64,000 bases of DNA from Octopus bimaculoides (lineage: Eukaryota), in the NCBI RefSeq assembly GCF_001194135.2, contig NC_068987.1:74789945-74853944 (forward strand), written 5' to 3'. This document shows, piece by piece, positions 38,340 through 52,094 of this stretch; the stretch's first letter is position 1, and each line of letters starts with the position of its first letter. The notes under the pieces were generated by a model. The model was not told the DNA's origin and did not search any database. It was given only the letters and a program-made list of their open reading frames with translations. The translations under genes were made by a program, and so were the position numbers.

Positions 38340-40340
38340 TCTTCAAAAACACATTGCAGTGTATCCCATTCTGAAGAAAGGGAATTTCTTTGGCTCTGCC
38401 AAGCATCATCCTATTGCACTCAATATTTCTAAGGTGAACATTAGAAGCATCAGTTGTGGTGTGCAAGAGAGACGATTGCGCTGGTATGGACATGTGGTGA
38501 GAATGGATGAGGATAGCTGCGTGAAAAAGTGCCACAGTTGAGGGAACCCGTGGAAGAGGTAGGCCCAGGAAGACCTGGGCTGAGGTGGTGAGGCAAGACC
38601 TTCGTACATTGGGCCTCACCGAGGCGATGACTACTGACCGAGACCTTTGGAAATGTGCTGTGCGTGAGAAGACCCGGCAAGCCAAGTAAGATCGTTGCCA
38701 GTGCCCCTGGACTGGCTCTTGTGCGGGTGGCACATGAGATGCACCATTTTGAGCGTGGCCATTGCCAGTACCGCCTGACTGGCTCCCGTAGGATTTTCGA
38801 GTGAGATCGTTGCCAGTGCGGGTGGCACATAAAAGACACCANNNNNNNNNNNNNNNNNNNNNNNNNNNNNNNNNNNNNNNNNNNNNNNNNNNNNNNNNNN
38901 NNNNNNNNNNNNNNNNNNNNNNNNNNNNNNNNNNNNNNNNNNNNNNNNNNNNNNNNNNNNNNNNNNNNNNNNNNNNNNNNNNNNNNNNNNNNNNNNNNNN
39001 NNNNNNNNNNNNNNNNNNNNNNNNNNNNNNNNNNNNNAAATCGTCCAGCCCATGCTAGCATGGAAAGCGGACGTTAAACGATGATGATGATGATGATGAT
39101 GATAAGGTGGTGAACAGGCAGAATTGTTAGCATGCTGGGTGAAATACTTAGCAGTATTTCATCTGCCATTATCTTCTGAGTTCAAATTCTGCCGAGGTTG
39201 ATTTTGCTTTTCATTTTTTCAGGGTTGATTAAATAAGTACCAGTTACGCACTGGGGTCGATGTAATCGACTTAATCCCTTTGTCTGTCCTTGTTTGCCCC
39301 CTCTGGTATACTTGTTAGCCTACCAACCAAATGCTTTAGAATAAGTACCAGTTGAGTACTTTGTGGGGGGGATATAATAAATTTATCCCCTCCCCCACAA
39401 ATTCCTGGCTTTCTGCCAAAATTTAAAACCAATATTTCTAAAGTACTAGTGACAGCCATTAACTGCAATGTTGTTCAACAACTGGAATCTTTCTCACTAG
39501 TGAACACCAGCACAGGTTCCATAAAGCTAAATCCATCGGTGACCTACTCTCATTTGTCAACCACCAGTGAGCTCTCACCTTTGAGAAATTTAGTGAATGC
39601 AATGTTTTTGCCTTCGATATCAGCAAAGACTTTCAACCATATGTCATAATTAAAATACGTGCTTCATTGTGTCTCATCTCATGGATCAGTAGCTTCTTAT
39701 CAGATTGGGTGCTTGCTATTCCTTAATCAACTCTGGCATGCTCTGGTATTCAGTTTTATCCCCCACTTTTTTTTCTTCTCGACATCAGTGACCTACTTAC
39801 TGTTACTTCCTATTATACTTTTATCCTTCATTCTCCCTCAACCTTCTCCATCCATGCAACATTTACATACAAGCTAAACATCACAATATTCCTTGAACAG
39901 TGACCTCAAAGCATCCTCCAATAGTGCTGTATCAATTTTGTTTCTTTTAACAAGGAAACGCAAACACTATTCATATCATGAGAACATTATTGTACCACAC
40001 ACTCTTTAAACACATGCAGCATGCAACTAAAGCGTTCACGATCACTTCAAATGTTAGGCCTCACTATCTCTTAAGGGTTTCTCCTGATGAAAGCACATCT
40101 TTAACTGAGCTAGGACTACATTGCAGTGACAAGCCCTTTTCTTCAGAGCTAAGAGATACTTCATCCCCCAGGTGAGTTCCATAATGAACTATTTTTTGTT
40201 CCCATATCTGGAAACATCCTAGACTGTATCTAGAAAACAGCCATCTAGCTGATGGCCAATAGACACAAGCCCAGAGGTGTACTGTCTGCTCCCTGTCTAA
40301 CTTTGACCCCTGCTTCTGAGAACTGACTGGTCTCACGGCA
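38340..40340 (+). mobile_element. Decayed CR1/Zenon-like LINE reverse transcriptase, interrupted at 38433-39429 by RTE and SINE insertions
   Basis: VYPILKKGN..HHPIALNISK (38360-38432) resumes as ISKVLVTAIN after 39430, then KSIGDLL, FDISKDF, WISSFLS and INSG...SVLSPT; many stops. Confidence 0.65.
38433..39103 (+). mobile_element. 5'-truncated RTE-clade LINE, nearly identical to the copy at 21964
   Basis: [23 protein letters not shown]; (GAT)n tail; a frameshifting deletion relative to the 22 kb copy; contains a gap. Confidence 0.9.
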
Positions 40341-40879
40341 CATTTACTGAAGCATTCCTAACCCACTCATCTCTCTCCTCATCACCCTTGTCGTATCCAT
40401 CTCCCCAGGCCCTGCTCTAACTATATCCAATCCTTCATTGTCACTACCTACTGGAACTCCCACCTTGCTCGTGTCTTTGCTGTAGATGTTGAATAGCAAT
40501 AGCCCAAGAGGAACATAAATGGCATGAATCCCACCAGCTCCAGAATGCTTGTAAGCAGCCTCTTTCTCTAGACCCAACAAATAAAAAAAATAAAACACTT
40601 GTCCATACCAGTTCAGTTTTCCCTCTTATACATTACAGCTGTTTTACAAAGCACTTTTTTTGTCTCAGCACACTTGTACTCCATCATTCATACATAATGA
40701 CATTACTGATATTACACATCCAATGGAATATACTCAATTCGCTAGACATTTTTCTATTTTTCATTTTATGGCCGCAGACCATTTACCTATGAATTGATTT
40801 GATTGTCCAACATCCACTTGCATAAATGGAGATGAGCTGCTAGATATTATTCGGCGCCAACTCTCCTTCAAGTAACATC

Positions 40880-41450
40880 CTATGTCTTAAATTCAGTTCT
40901 TGACACAGTACATCTGAACAAATGAATATCTTTGATCAAGGCTGAATTGGGACCACACATTAACAATAGTTTTAAAGATTTTTCAGTATGTGAAAATTTA
41001 TATTTTTTTCACAAGCTTGTCATGTCAGAATTTGCAACCTTTTAAGTTCTCATCTCATCTTCTTCACCCATATATTCCTGGGAGGGTCATGGGTGGAGAG
41101 TCCTCAAGCATACCTTCTGTTGGGTTTTGTTAAAAGTAACCGTCTCCAGTTGATTTGGCTGAATCCCCAAGTGACAACAACCAAGCTTATGGATGTTATC
41201 CAACTTTCTTGTTTGCAGACTACCCCTGAGTCTCTTGCTGTGTTCAGCATTTCTTTTCTGGGTCATTCTTACCACAATGTCAGAGCTGTGAGCTCTCAAC
41301 TCAGGTAAACGTAGTGGCTCTATTTGGAGCACCTCTCTGAACTCCGAGCTATGCACTCTATCAACTAATGTTACTTTAAAGAACCTTTGGAGGAACATCA
41401 TTTTTTGCTTGTATTTGTCATTGATAAGGTCGTGAATAGTGACAAAAAGA
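40880..41450 (-). mobile_element. Highly decayed non-LTR retrotransposon C-terminus (restriction-like endonuclease type)
   Basis: Minus-strand LRLPELR..SDIVVR (PD-like) and LQIL.. motif near the end; weak. Confidence 0.4.
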
Positions 41451-41459
41451 CTCGACAGA

Positions 41460-42340
41460 GTAAACTAACAATTGATTAATTGTTCAATCAACACATTAAA
41501 CAGACCATTGAATAGTCAGTTGGTAAAATAAAGAAGTTTTATTGAACTATCCCTGTGGGATAGCAAGTCAACTGTCTGGAACTGTATAAAGGCACATGCA
41601 CACTGTTGATGAGGGACAATGTGGCGTGCGCAGGCACTTTGTGAAGACAGTCCTAGAAGTCGTTGAGAAGAGATATTGTTTGTTCTGTACTGTTTCTGAT
41701 CTAAATTTGTATTGTTATAAGTCCACATTATAAAGTGGCATACACAGTGAGTTCAAAGGACATAACAACGTCGACACGGCACAACAGTAGTGACAAGACA
41801 TTCAAAGCTCACAGTGGACATTCTTAGCATGGAAGACCTATTAGTGTCCATGGTTCAGTTGTAACAGCAACAACAACAGAAACAGCAAGAACAGGTACAA
41901 CGACAACAACAAAATCAACATTTGTTGGAATTATTGTTGCAGTCAAAAAACACTTCAGGTTCATTTTCAGCAGACACAGTTGCTAATTCAATTGAAAATT
42001 TCACATATAATCCATAAGGGATTATGTTTTCTGCATACTCCATAAGGTATGAAGGAATTTCCAAGGAAGAGTGTAAAAGCTGAATGGATGAAAAGAAGGT
42101 ATGTCTTCTTTTAAGGAAATTATCACCAGCAGAACAAGAAATGTTTTGTAATTACATCTTGCTGAGAAATCCATCCGAAATTTGTTTCGAGAAAACAATT
42201 AAGCTATTATCTAAAATATTCAGTGAAAGAAGTTCACTATTTAATATTCGATGGGAGTGTTTGAATTTGAAATAAAAAAGAAATGGAAGATTTTGCCATG
42301 TATGCTGGAATTGTAAATAGAGAATGTGAAAAATTTTTTT
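41460..42340 (+). mobile_element. Gypsy/Ty3 LTR retrotransposon 5' relic (possible LTR, PBS-like tggc near 41735, gag fragment)
   Basis: DEKKVCLLLRKLSPAEQEMFCNYIL...FEKTIKLLSKIFSERSSLFNIRWECLNL...AGIVNRECEKF resembles gag of K02A2.6-like elements. Confidence 0.7.
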
Positions 42341-42468
42341 AAAGCCTAGTACTTATTCTATTGGTCTCTTTTTGCCAAACAGCTAAGTTATAGGGATGTA
42401 AACACACCAACACTGGTTGTCAAGTGGTGATGGGGTTACAAACAGACACAAAGGCACACACACAGATA

Positions 42469-42502
<34 letters not shown>

Positions 42503-44219
42503 CGTATATATATATATGTATATATATACTGGCCACCTTTATTATTTTTTATATATGTATACAATGGGCTTCTTTCAGTTTCCATCTACCAAATCCTCTT
42601 ACAAGGCTTTGGTCAGCCTGAGGCTATAGTAGAAGACACCTGCCCAAGGACTGGACCTGGGACCATGTTGCTGGGAAGCAAACTTCTTACCATACAGCCA
42701 CACCTGGGGTACCAAAATCTATTAATTGCTTAGGTCATCTATGGGTCTTTATCAATCCCTGGCTCTATGCAAACCAATTTTTACCTCTGAGAAGAAGTAG
42801 TCTATGTTATTCTGGCCTCTATTCTTTCACCTGTCCATATACATAAATTTATAAATCAAAATTGATTTTTAGCCCTCATCACCATCCGACCAAATAGTTG
42901 TTGTTTACTTTCATTTCAACTCTAATCAAGTAAACCTGTTGAAGACAACTCAGTTGTAACCATCCAATCCATTTAGAGTAAGGATGGGGAAACCCTAGCC
43001 TGCGGACGCAATTGTGCCTGCAAGCCCATTTTATTTCACCCACAGGCTGACATGCTCGTATACACAAAATATAGTAAATTTTTCAATTTTTCGACTTAAA
43101 ATGGTTAGACTCAAACAGAAAATCGTCTGGTAATTGCCAGCAAATGTAAATTTTGTCTTCACTATAAAACACATATTGTGGCAATTGTTTCTGTTAATAC
43201 CATTATGCAGAAAACAGAATCGAAAAAATTTTGTGCCCAAATTTGTGTTTTCATCTTCATTTATAGCATAGATAGTTTTCCCTCTGAAATGCTGCCTTTG
43301 CCCTCCAGGATGCATTGGTCAGCCTGAGGCTATAGTTGAAGACACTTGTCCAAAGTGCTATGCAGTGGGACTGAACTCAGAACTGTGTGGTTGGAAAGAA
43401 TATCCATTTTCTTGAGGGAAAAAATCGGATCATGCGAATTTTCTTGGTCCTCTCCCCACCTCATAATCGTTTAGTACACATTATTTTACACCTATTGCAC
43501 TTTTTCTTCTTTTTTTTTTTTTTGGTGGCAGGGTGTCGAAGTCATATTACTGGATCATGTAAATTATCCGAGTTTGCACCCCACCCATCCCCCGTCACAA
43601 AAATTAGGAAAAAAATAGTGTACTAGGTGTAAAATGATCTGTTGTAAATGAATATGAAGAAAAGAAATTGTGCCAATGAATGGGGAAGTGGTGAGAGGAC
43701 TTGGAACATTCCCGATGTGAATTTACTGAGTCGTCTCTCCACTCCCCATTCGCCAGCATGCATTTTTTTTTCCATATTCATTTACTACATGTTGTTTTAC
43801 ACCTATTACACTTTTTTTTTTGCCCGGGTCAGAAACTGGAGGTTAACCCCCACCTTGAGACCCAACTCCACTCTAGCTGGAAAATATAGAATACCTCATA
43901 AGTAATATAAACGTCCTAAATTCAGTGGCAGCATTAATGAAGATGTTACACATTAATTTGATGTGTTAAACTTATCTTTATTAATGTATATCAAATTATG
44001 TATAGATATATACAAAATTTACACAGATATAAGAGTTAGAACTTGTGATCCATCCGTGGACCTTTCTCTTTGGAAATTTTTGCCTGCTGCACTAAGAAGT
44101 TTCCCCACCCCTGGACTACATTGTGTCCATCTTTCTCTTGTAGGGTACAATTAAAGAGAGATCTGGTTGTTATTACTGGCACATCAGATGACCAGGCAGA
44201 CTTTCCTCAATATTGACTT

Positions 44220-44220
<1 letters not shown>

Positions 44221-44252
<32 letters not shown>

Positions 44253-44340
44253 CTGTTCTTCTTCTTCTTCTTCTTCTTCTTCTTCTTCTTCTTCTTCTTC
44301 TTCTTCTTCTTCTTTTTCTTCTTTTTCTTCTTCTTCTTCT
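44221..44340. repeat. Compound microsatellite (AGT)n-(TCT)n, representative of many (TA)n, (CA)n, (CT)n, (ACT)n and (GAT)n tracts
   Basis: Seen directly. Confidence 0.95.
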
Positions 44341-46791
44341 GCCCTTGATCGCTTGTAATCAAGTATGCCTATTTTACATAGCATTTCAGTGATCAACTAA
44401 GTCTTTGTTCTTATATAATGTATCTTGTACTACAGAACATATATCCTTACTTTATAAAGCAAGTGAGGTGTGATTTGAAAGAGATTTAATCTCTATTTCT
44501 AGCTAGTTCAGTAATCATATAAAGGTACCTTTGTTTGTTTGAGAAATAGAAGTTTTTAATGCAAGCTGTTGGCTATTCAAGAAATTTGTGTTACATCTTG
44601 CTAGGATAGGAAATAACAATAGTAATCCATTAAATATTCTGAAATCCAGACATAATATAAGAATGTGAAAATACAAAGGAAAAAAATACAAAAAAAGAAA
44701 AAGAGAAAGGAAATGAATGCTCAAATTTTGCTTACCACAAAAATTTCTAGAAAATCATTGTAATATTGTAAACAATAACGACATTGAGGTAATGGTAGTT
44801 ATGTAATGGACAAGAGAAAAGGTGGAAGTTTAAGGAGATAGAAGTTTCAATGAATGATGGATTTAACACACCATGAACAGAAAGGTAAGGTGTAACATTG
44901 ACATGAGTTTTGCAAACATTTGATGTCACCAAACATTATGTAGGAGGAATGTTTGAATGACCTGTTTTTTTTTTTTACCTTTTTATTTCTTCTTTATAAA
45001 GCAAAATGAAATAACATTATGCTACAGAAACAAAATTTCTTGTCGAGCAAGAAAAAAAAATTTGAACTGATCTAATTTTATACACATAGGTGTGTCTCCA
45101 TGTTTAAGAAGCTGGCTTCCCAACTATATGGTTTCAGGTATAGTCCCACTTCATGGCTCTTCGGGTAAGTAGCCCCAGGGTGAACAAAGCCTTGTGAGTG
45201 GATTTAATCAGCAGAAACTGAAAGAAGCCCACTGTGTGTGTGTGTGTATATATATACATATATATAATTATAATAAAATATATATAAAATATGGGAAGAG
45301 GTTGGTTGCTCTTGCAGAGTGTATAATGACTGTCCAGTGGGAGGCCAATGCAAGGCCAAGGAAGTCATCTATGAAGCTGTGGTGACACCCAAGTGATGCA
45401 ACCACAGTAATAGCAGCAACAGATCATCCAACAATATCAGAGGCCATGACAGCAGCAGAAACACCAGCACTGACACATATGGCCCCAGTGCAAGCATTAC
45501 AGCCAGAGAAAATGCCAACACCATTACACCAGGGAATCTACCGACTCCACACTCAACATTACCATTGACAGTATCCACATCACTGGCAACAATAGTACCA
45601 ATCCTTATGACCAGGGACGACTACAACAATAACAACCACAGTGACTGCAGCCACAGCCATATTGCCAGACTCACACATCATAATGATAGCAGCACTGATG
45701 GTAGGCCCCAACAACACCAGTGGCAACAACAACATTCCCAGGCCTGGAGCCAATCAGAGACACACCAGTAACGTGAACCTATCAACACCCAAGCCTGGAA
45801 ATACATTGGATTAGCCAGTACAGCATTCAAGTGATGCTTGTACAGTCACAGGTCCTCTTTCATGGTCTCAGAAAGATGATTCATCACATCCCTGGCCAGC
45901 CATGTGTGGCACCTCAAAGATCAAGGGACTCCATACAATTTTAAGTGGAAGATCTTAGAATGGTTGGAGCAGATACTGCAAGCTCTGCATAGCTGAGTAA
46001 GCTAGGATACTTAAAAACTCCCTGAGACTTGGAGACCTGGATCGCTGAATACTTGCCAAGAAATCTTCACACCAAGCATCCATTTCAAGTACTACCTGCT
46101 GCAAACATAGAATTCCCCATTTGCTAGCTAAGACAGGAAGAGTCCTTACGATCCATCAGCGGGCTAAAGGATAGATCCCTTATTCTCCATCTCCAAACAG
46201 CTGGTCTAGGGAGGATAACCCATCCTCACTATCGCTGGACCTTTTATTCTCTAATGACCTTTTGACCATTGACCATAAAAACTTTCCACCTCTGAGAGGT
46301 GAAGAGTTAAATTTGCTGTAATTTAGCCCCAGAAAACATCATCTCCAGTTGGCTATACGACACGATCTGTGTCCTTATATTTTCAAACAAGGGAATCTAG
46401 CACCCCTACTCAGCTCAAAACAATATCTGTGTATCGCTATTTCCGGGTTATTTTCTTTCATCAGCACAGAATAATTGTTCGGCTAGAGGTGGCACTGCCA
46501 AATTCCCATTCGAAATATATAGTTTACAAAATGACAACTAGTCATTGATCTATAAATTAGAAAATTACTATTTCCAAATCTCACGAGACATATTCAGCAA
46601 CAGTACTTTACTGGGAATCGAAACCACGATCCTATGACCGCGATACTGCTGCCCTAACCACTGGGCCATTGCACCTCCACGTATATATGTATGTATGTCA
46701 TTATTCAGTTTATTTCAAGATTTCTTGCCAATAGAGAAAAATCCAGTTTCTAACCTAGATCCAAGATTACTTCATTGAAATTTCATGCTTG

Positions 46792-46825
<34 letters not shown>

Positions 46826-48639
46826 TGTATGTATGCATGTATGTATGTATGTATGTATGTATGCATGAGTGTAGTTATATTGAGTCTGCTTGTTTCGACA
46901 ATGCATAATTGTTGTAATTGAAAGTCATTCATTTTCAATACTCTGCAGAAACATGTCTAGCTGCAGAGAAATATGAACTTGCTTAGAAACAGGTGGGAGT
47001 TAGCAACAGGATGGACATGCAGATGTATAAAATATGTCTCAATAAACTCCATTTGACTCATTGAAAATTGGAAAAGTGGACATTAAAAAACAACTTCGAT
47101 GATGATGATTGCTTAATATTACATACAGCCACAGTTATTAATAATCACTCAGGGTGCAGAATATTTCCCATATAATTCTAATTGTCCCTATATATCATGT
47201 CATTATCATTTGATTACATTAATTTAAGTTTTACAATATTTCAGTGGCTATCATAGCGCTCGTACATAGTCTGTCCTTAATTCCCAAAATTAATACATTC
47301 TTTTCAAATAATTAGCAATGCATCCAATATTATGGAATTGTACATGGGAAACAGAATTGATTATCCTTAAGAAAAATATTTTTATTTATTTGTTTATTTA
47401 TTTATCTATTTTGCTTTTAAAACTTTGATACTAACTATAATGCAAATATTTAATGTCTAAAATATTAATTTCAGTTTTGCAATAATACAAGGATGCAAGG
47501 CTATCATAGCCTTCTTATATAATCTATGTCTTCCTCCACAATTTTAATATGTTCTTTTTGGATAATCAACAAGACATTCAATGTTATAAAATTTTCAAAT
47601 AAAAAAATTCAGCTCCAATTAAATGTGCTGCCCATCCTGTAATGTGTACTAATGATATACAATACTTTTGATATTACATTTCTATTTTACTTATGTGGTC
47701 CTTCTAATAGTCACAGCTATTACAAATGAGATAATCATGTCTCCATATGATTATCTCCCTTGAAATAATTTAAAGCTGGATTAGAAATTTGAAATTGAAA
47801 TTAATGAATTGTAAGGAAAAAGATGCATAAGTTTCGCATATTTAATTTTTGTTTTTGTTTACCTATTACAAAGTTCTTAGAATTTCTAGTCAATGGTTAT
47901 TATGTAAACACTATTTCATTCTTCTTATAAATCATCAGCATGGCATAACCTGTGACTTATTAATTAAACATTTTATGAAATGGGCATTTGGAAATAATTA
48001 CAGTCTGAAGGAAATTCATGAAATGTGATTTTCATTATTTCTTCCTAATATTCAATCATTAGGAGATTCATTCCACTGAAAATGGACACAAAAACTCTTC
48101 GCCTCTCAAGTAAACTGAATATAAAAATATCCAGTATAAGAGGAGAGAATAAAATAATTGTCGAAGTGATAAAGCATTCACAGTTATATTAAGTGATCAG
48201 TCATCAATGACACAGACAAAATTATAAATTCATTGAATTCCTACAGTTATTACCTAAACCATGGCAAGTTAGTCAAGAACTATAACAAACTTGAAAGCAG
48301 CAACCACTGTTGCTGTTGTTTGCTGCTGCTACTGCTACTGCCGAAAAAAATTAAAGGAATCCCAACCTAGAGATTGAATGATCAACTTATTGCATTCTGT
48401 CAATGGTGTTGCTTTGTATGACTGGTAATGACCTTCATTTGTCAAGCTTTCATATGTTAATGACCTAGAACACCTGTATCAGTAACCTAGTTACGCTGGT
48501 TGTAAATAGGTTATATTATGAGGTAGAGTCCATTTATATATATANNNNNNNNNNNNNNNNNNNNNNNNNNNNNNNNNNNNNNNNNNNNNATGCAGGGCAG
48601 GGAATCAGTATGTTGGAGAAGCAGGTTACTGTCAATCCC

Positions 48640-48694
<55 letters not shown>

Positions 48695-48879
48695 GTATAT
48701 ATGTATGTTACAATTACGAAAGCACTATAAAATTGATATTTCTAGTCAATGGTGATTATGTAATCTTGTTATAATGTGTTTCCTTGTCCACTTGTATGTT
48801 ACTACTTTTATGTCCACTACTGACTGACTTGGACTGCCACACAATTGACTTGTCATGTGGGGAGGGGTGTACCAATTTT

Positions 48880-49690
48880 TCACTACAACATCTTCCCTTT
48901 TAGTTTTTTTTTTCTTTGTGAAGTAAGTAATTTTATTTTACTTTATTCACCCCTCCTCCTTTTTAGTATTCTTTCCTCAACTGAATATTTTTTCTTTTTG
49001 ATGTTTATTTGTAGGAACTCTGTGGTTTTCCTTTTTCTTCCACTTGTACACGTGGGTTCAACAACCTGTAATGGTGTTGGTACCTGGAATGTGTCATACA
49101 ACCATTCCATAGGTTCTTCCAATCTGTCTGGTTCATTTTCTATGAATCACTTCTTCAATTGGTTTCTGCTTTTTTCAATAACTTTTCTGCTTTTTACCCT
49201 GTACATCATTTTTCCTATGTACTTTGTAATTTCACCTTCTTCTCAGTACTGTTTTCTGCTGTCAATAGCATCCACAATGCATGAGCTATGGCCATCTTTA
49301 CATTTGTGTAGGAGAATGACACCTACCCTGTACTCACTAGCATCTGTTGCCAGTATCATCTCCAACTTTAGATCGAAGTGTGTAAAGTGATATGTCTGAA
49401 GTTAAAACGCATTTTAACTCCTCAGATCCCTTCTGGCATTTTTCTGACCATAAACATGTGGATCTGTACACACTTAGTTTATTATTTTTTTCTTTTACAT
49501 AAACCGTCAGTGCTGTCCAGTTTGAATGACCAGCATTTTCAATTTTGTCTAGACTTTCTAGCTCTTTATTCACGCGGTCTAACACGGCAAATGGCACATT
49601 CCGTTTGGGCCTAAAAACAGGAGTTGCCTTTTCTTTTATCACAATCCTTGCTTTTGTTTTAGTTATTTCATATCCATAAACACATACATA
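48880..49690 (-). mobile_element. Gypsy/Ty3 pol relic (RT, RNase H and integrase-end fragments, polypurine tract)
   Basis: Minus-strand KEKATPVFRPKRNVPFAVL..NKEL and degenerate RNase H (AIAHA..LLTAEN); purine tract aaaagggaaga followed by TGTTG near 48890-48900. Confidence 0.7.
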
Positions 49691-49811
49691 CATAGATACA
49701 TATATATATATGCATACATACATGTGTGTACATATCATTATCATGTAAAGTCCATTTCCCATACTGGCATAGATTTAATGATTTGACAGAAGCTGGCAAA
49801 CCAGAAGGCTG

Positions 49812-49883
49812 CACCTAGCTCTACTGTATGCACCTAGCTCTACTGTATACACCTAGCTCTACTGTATACACCTAGCTCTACTG
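49812..49883. repeat. 19-bp tandem repeat, about 3.8 copies (cacctagctctactgtata)
   Basis: Seen directly. Confidence 0.9.
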
Positions 49884-50214
49884 CCCTTCCTAACACCAGA
49901 GTATGCTGGGTGTTTTTATGTGGCACCAGTGAGATCACCAAGTAACTTGCAAGACAAGACCCTTCAACTGAATGGGGAGAAGTATTGGGGAAAATGGCTT
50001 TGTGCCATAAAATTGGCAAAGTTGTCAGAGTTTTGGACAGAATACCTAGCAGTGTCCCAGACCTTTGCAATCTGAGTTCAAATCTTGTCTAGACCAACAT
50101 TGCCATTTATCATTTTAGTGTTGATAAATAAAGTATCATTCTTAGGCAGTGTTGGTGGTAGTGGCATAGCTAGAGTATGCACCACCCAGGGCAGCCCTTA
50201 TGTTTGCTGCTCCC

Positions 50215-51083
50215 ACACCTGCTGAGGACATGCATAAGCTTGCAAGGAATGAAGCCAGTATGCTCCGCTGGATGTGTAATGTCAGTGTGCATACTCGACA
50301 GAGTGTAAGTACCTTGAGAGAAAAGTTGGACCTAAGAAGCATCAGTTGTGGTCTGCAAGAGAGACAATTGTGCTGGTATGGTCATGTGGTGAGAATGGAT
50401 GAAGATAGCTGTGTGAAAAAGTGTCACACCCTAGCAGTGGAGGGAACCTGTGGAAGAGGTAGGCCCAGGAAAACCTGGGTTGAGGTGGTGAGGCACGACC
50501 TTCAAATGTTAGGCCTCACCGAGGCAGAAATATGCAGTGCGTGAGAAGACCAGGCAAGCCAAGTGAGACCATAATCCGAGGCCTCTGCCAGGGGTGTAGC
50601 CAGTCCACTTATGCATACTTTTCCTTCATTGGACACTAAACTCTGCTTGCAAAGACCTGTTGAGCCAAGTGAAATCGAAATCGTGATTGAACCAAATTCG
50701 ATGACTGGCACCTGTGCCAGTGGAGCGCTAAGAGCACCGTCAGAGTGTGATCATTGCCAGAGCAGCTGTCTGGCTTCTGTGCCAGTGGCACGTAAATAGT
50801 ACCATTTGAGCGTGATCGTTACCAGCGTTGCCTTACTGCCACTTGTGCCGGTGGCATGTGAAAAAGCATTCGAGCGTGGTCATTGCCTAACTGGCCCTCA
50901 TGCCGGTGGCACATAAAAGCACCCACTACACTCTCAGAGTGGTTGACCTTAGGAAGGGCATCCAGCTGTAGAAACTTTGCCAGATCAGATTAGAGCCTAG
51001 TGCAGCCATCTGGTTTGCCAATCCTCAGTCAAATCGTCCAACCCATGCTAGCATGGAAAGTGGACGTTAAATGATGATGATGA
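50215..51083 (+). mobile_element. Older, longer RTE-clade LINE 3' fragment
   Basis: ARNEASMLRWMC...[13 protein letters not shown]...GRPRKTW; same 3' UTR and (GAT)n tail. Confidence 0.88.
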
Positions 51084-51272
51084 TATATATATATATATAT
51101 TTATATACACACACACACAACAGGCTTGATTCAGTTTCCATCTACTAAATCCACTCACAAAGCTTTGGTTGGCCCAAGGCTATATTAGAAGATACTTGCC
51201 CAAAGTGCCATGCAGTGGGACTGAACCTGGAACTATGCAGTTGGGAAGCAAGCTTCTTACCACACAGCCACA

Positions 51273-51492
51273 CTTTCTGCATTTGAGTTCAAATCCCTCC
51301 TAGGACATTTATGCCTTTCATCCTTTCAGAGTTCATAAATCATGCATGAGTCCAAGGTGGTGGGTGAGTTGATGAAATGTCAAAGCACATACATTTCATG
51401 AATCCATCACTTTGGATTGACATGATTCATGAACTTTGAAAAGATGAAAAGCATAAATGTTCTAGGAGGGATTTGAACTCAAATGCAGAAAG
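51273..51492. repeat. 220-bp foldback of a Nin/Deu-SINE fragment
   Basis: The outer ~72-bp arms differ at 5 positions; the inner part also pairs imperfectly. Confidence 0.9.
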
Positions 51493-52094
51493 CTTGACTA
51501 TATATACCTTTACATACATGCGTGCGCACACGTGTAAAGGTGCGTAGGTATGCCCGTATGTATGTATATAAGTATGGATGGATATATTCGTGTGTATACA
51601 TATAGATGATATTATTATACATAGGTATGTGTATGTTTAACCTTATTTCTGTATGTATATGACATGTGTAAATATGCATGTACGTATGCATGTGTGGGTG
51701 TGTGTATCCGTGTTTGTCATAGGCGGGAATATATAAAAATATATTTCTTATACATACAGATAATGAAAATGTAAGGATGTGATTGCTATATGGGGTTTGG
51801 TTGTAAAAATTCTCTAGGCCACTGCTGTCGCAAGTCAACCTGGCTAATAGTTCGTCAGGTAGATAGATAGTTATACAGGGTAGAGAAATAGGCTGACGAG
51901 TAGGTTTGCCGGCTGACAAACACAATACACCTGTGAAAATAAGGCTAACACTTGTTGATTATTGCCGTAGCGGCCATCCATAGCGAGAGTTGTTCTGTCA
52001 GTCAGCTCTAACGTCAGGTACGGCAGGTGAACAAAAACACCTAAAAAAAGAGAACGAAAAAAAAAACTTGATTAAATAAGTGAATACAAGAAAA

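Noticed and set aside
42940-43030. TTGAAGA-CAAC-TCA-GTTG resembling a hammerhead core plus stem II
   Set aside because: Not followed by GAAA, and there is no stem III or NUH site
45386-45830. Thr/Asn/Gln-rich open frames that could be a mucin-like exon
   Set aside because: No convincing start or splice pair, the frame switches midway and no family motif is recognisable; probably decayed repeat sequence
46590-46680. tRNA-like sequence (also at 15249 and 26255)
   Set aside because: Box A/B-like heads run into SINE bodies and do not form a complete cloverleaf with an acceptor stem, so they were treated as SINEs
48845-49390. 181-aa hydrophobic + strand ORF (similarly 56339-56770 and 60290-60877)
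   Set aside because: These are antisense shadows of the Gypsy, mariner and R4-like relics on the minus strand
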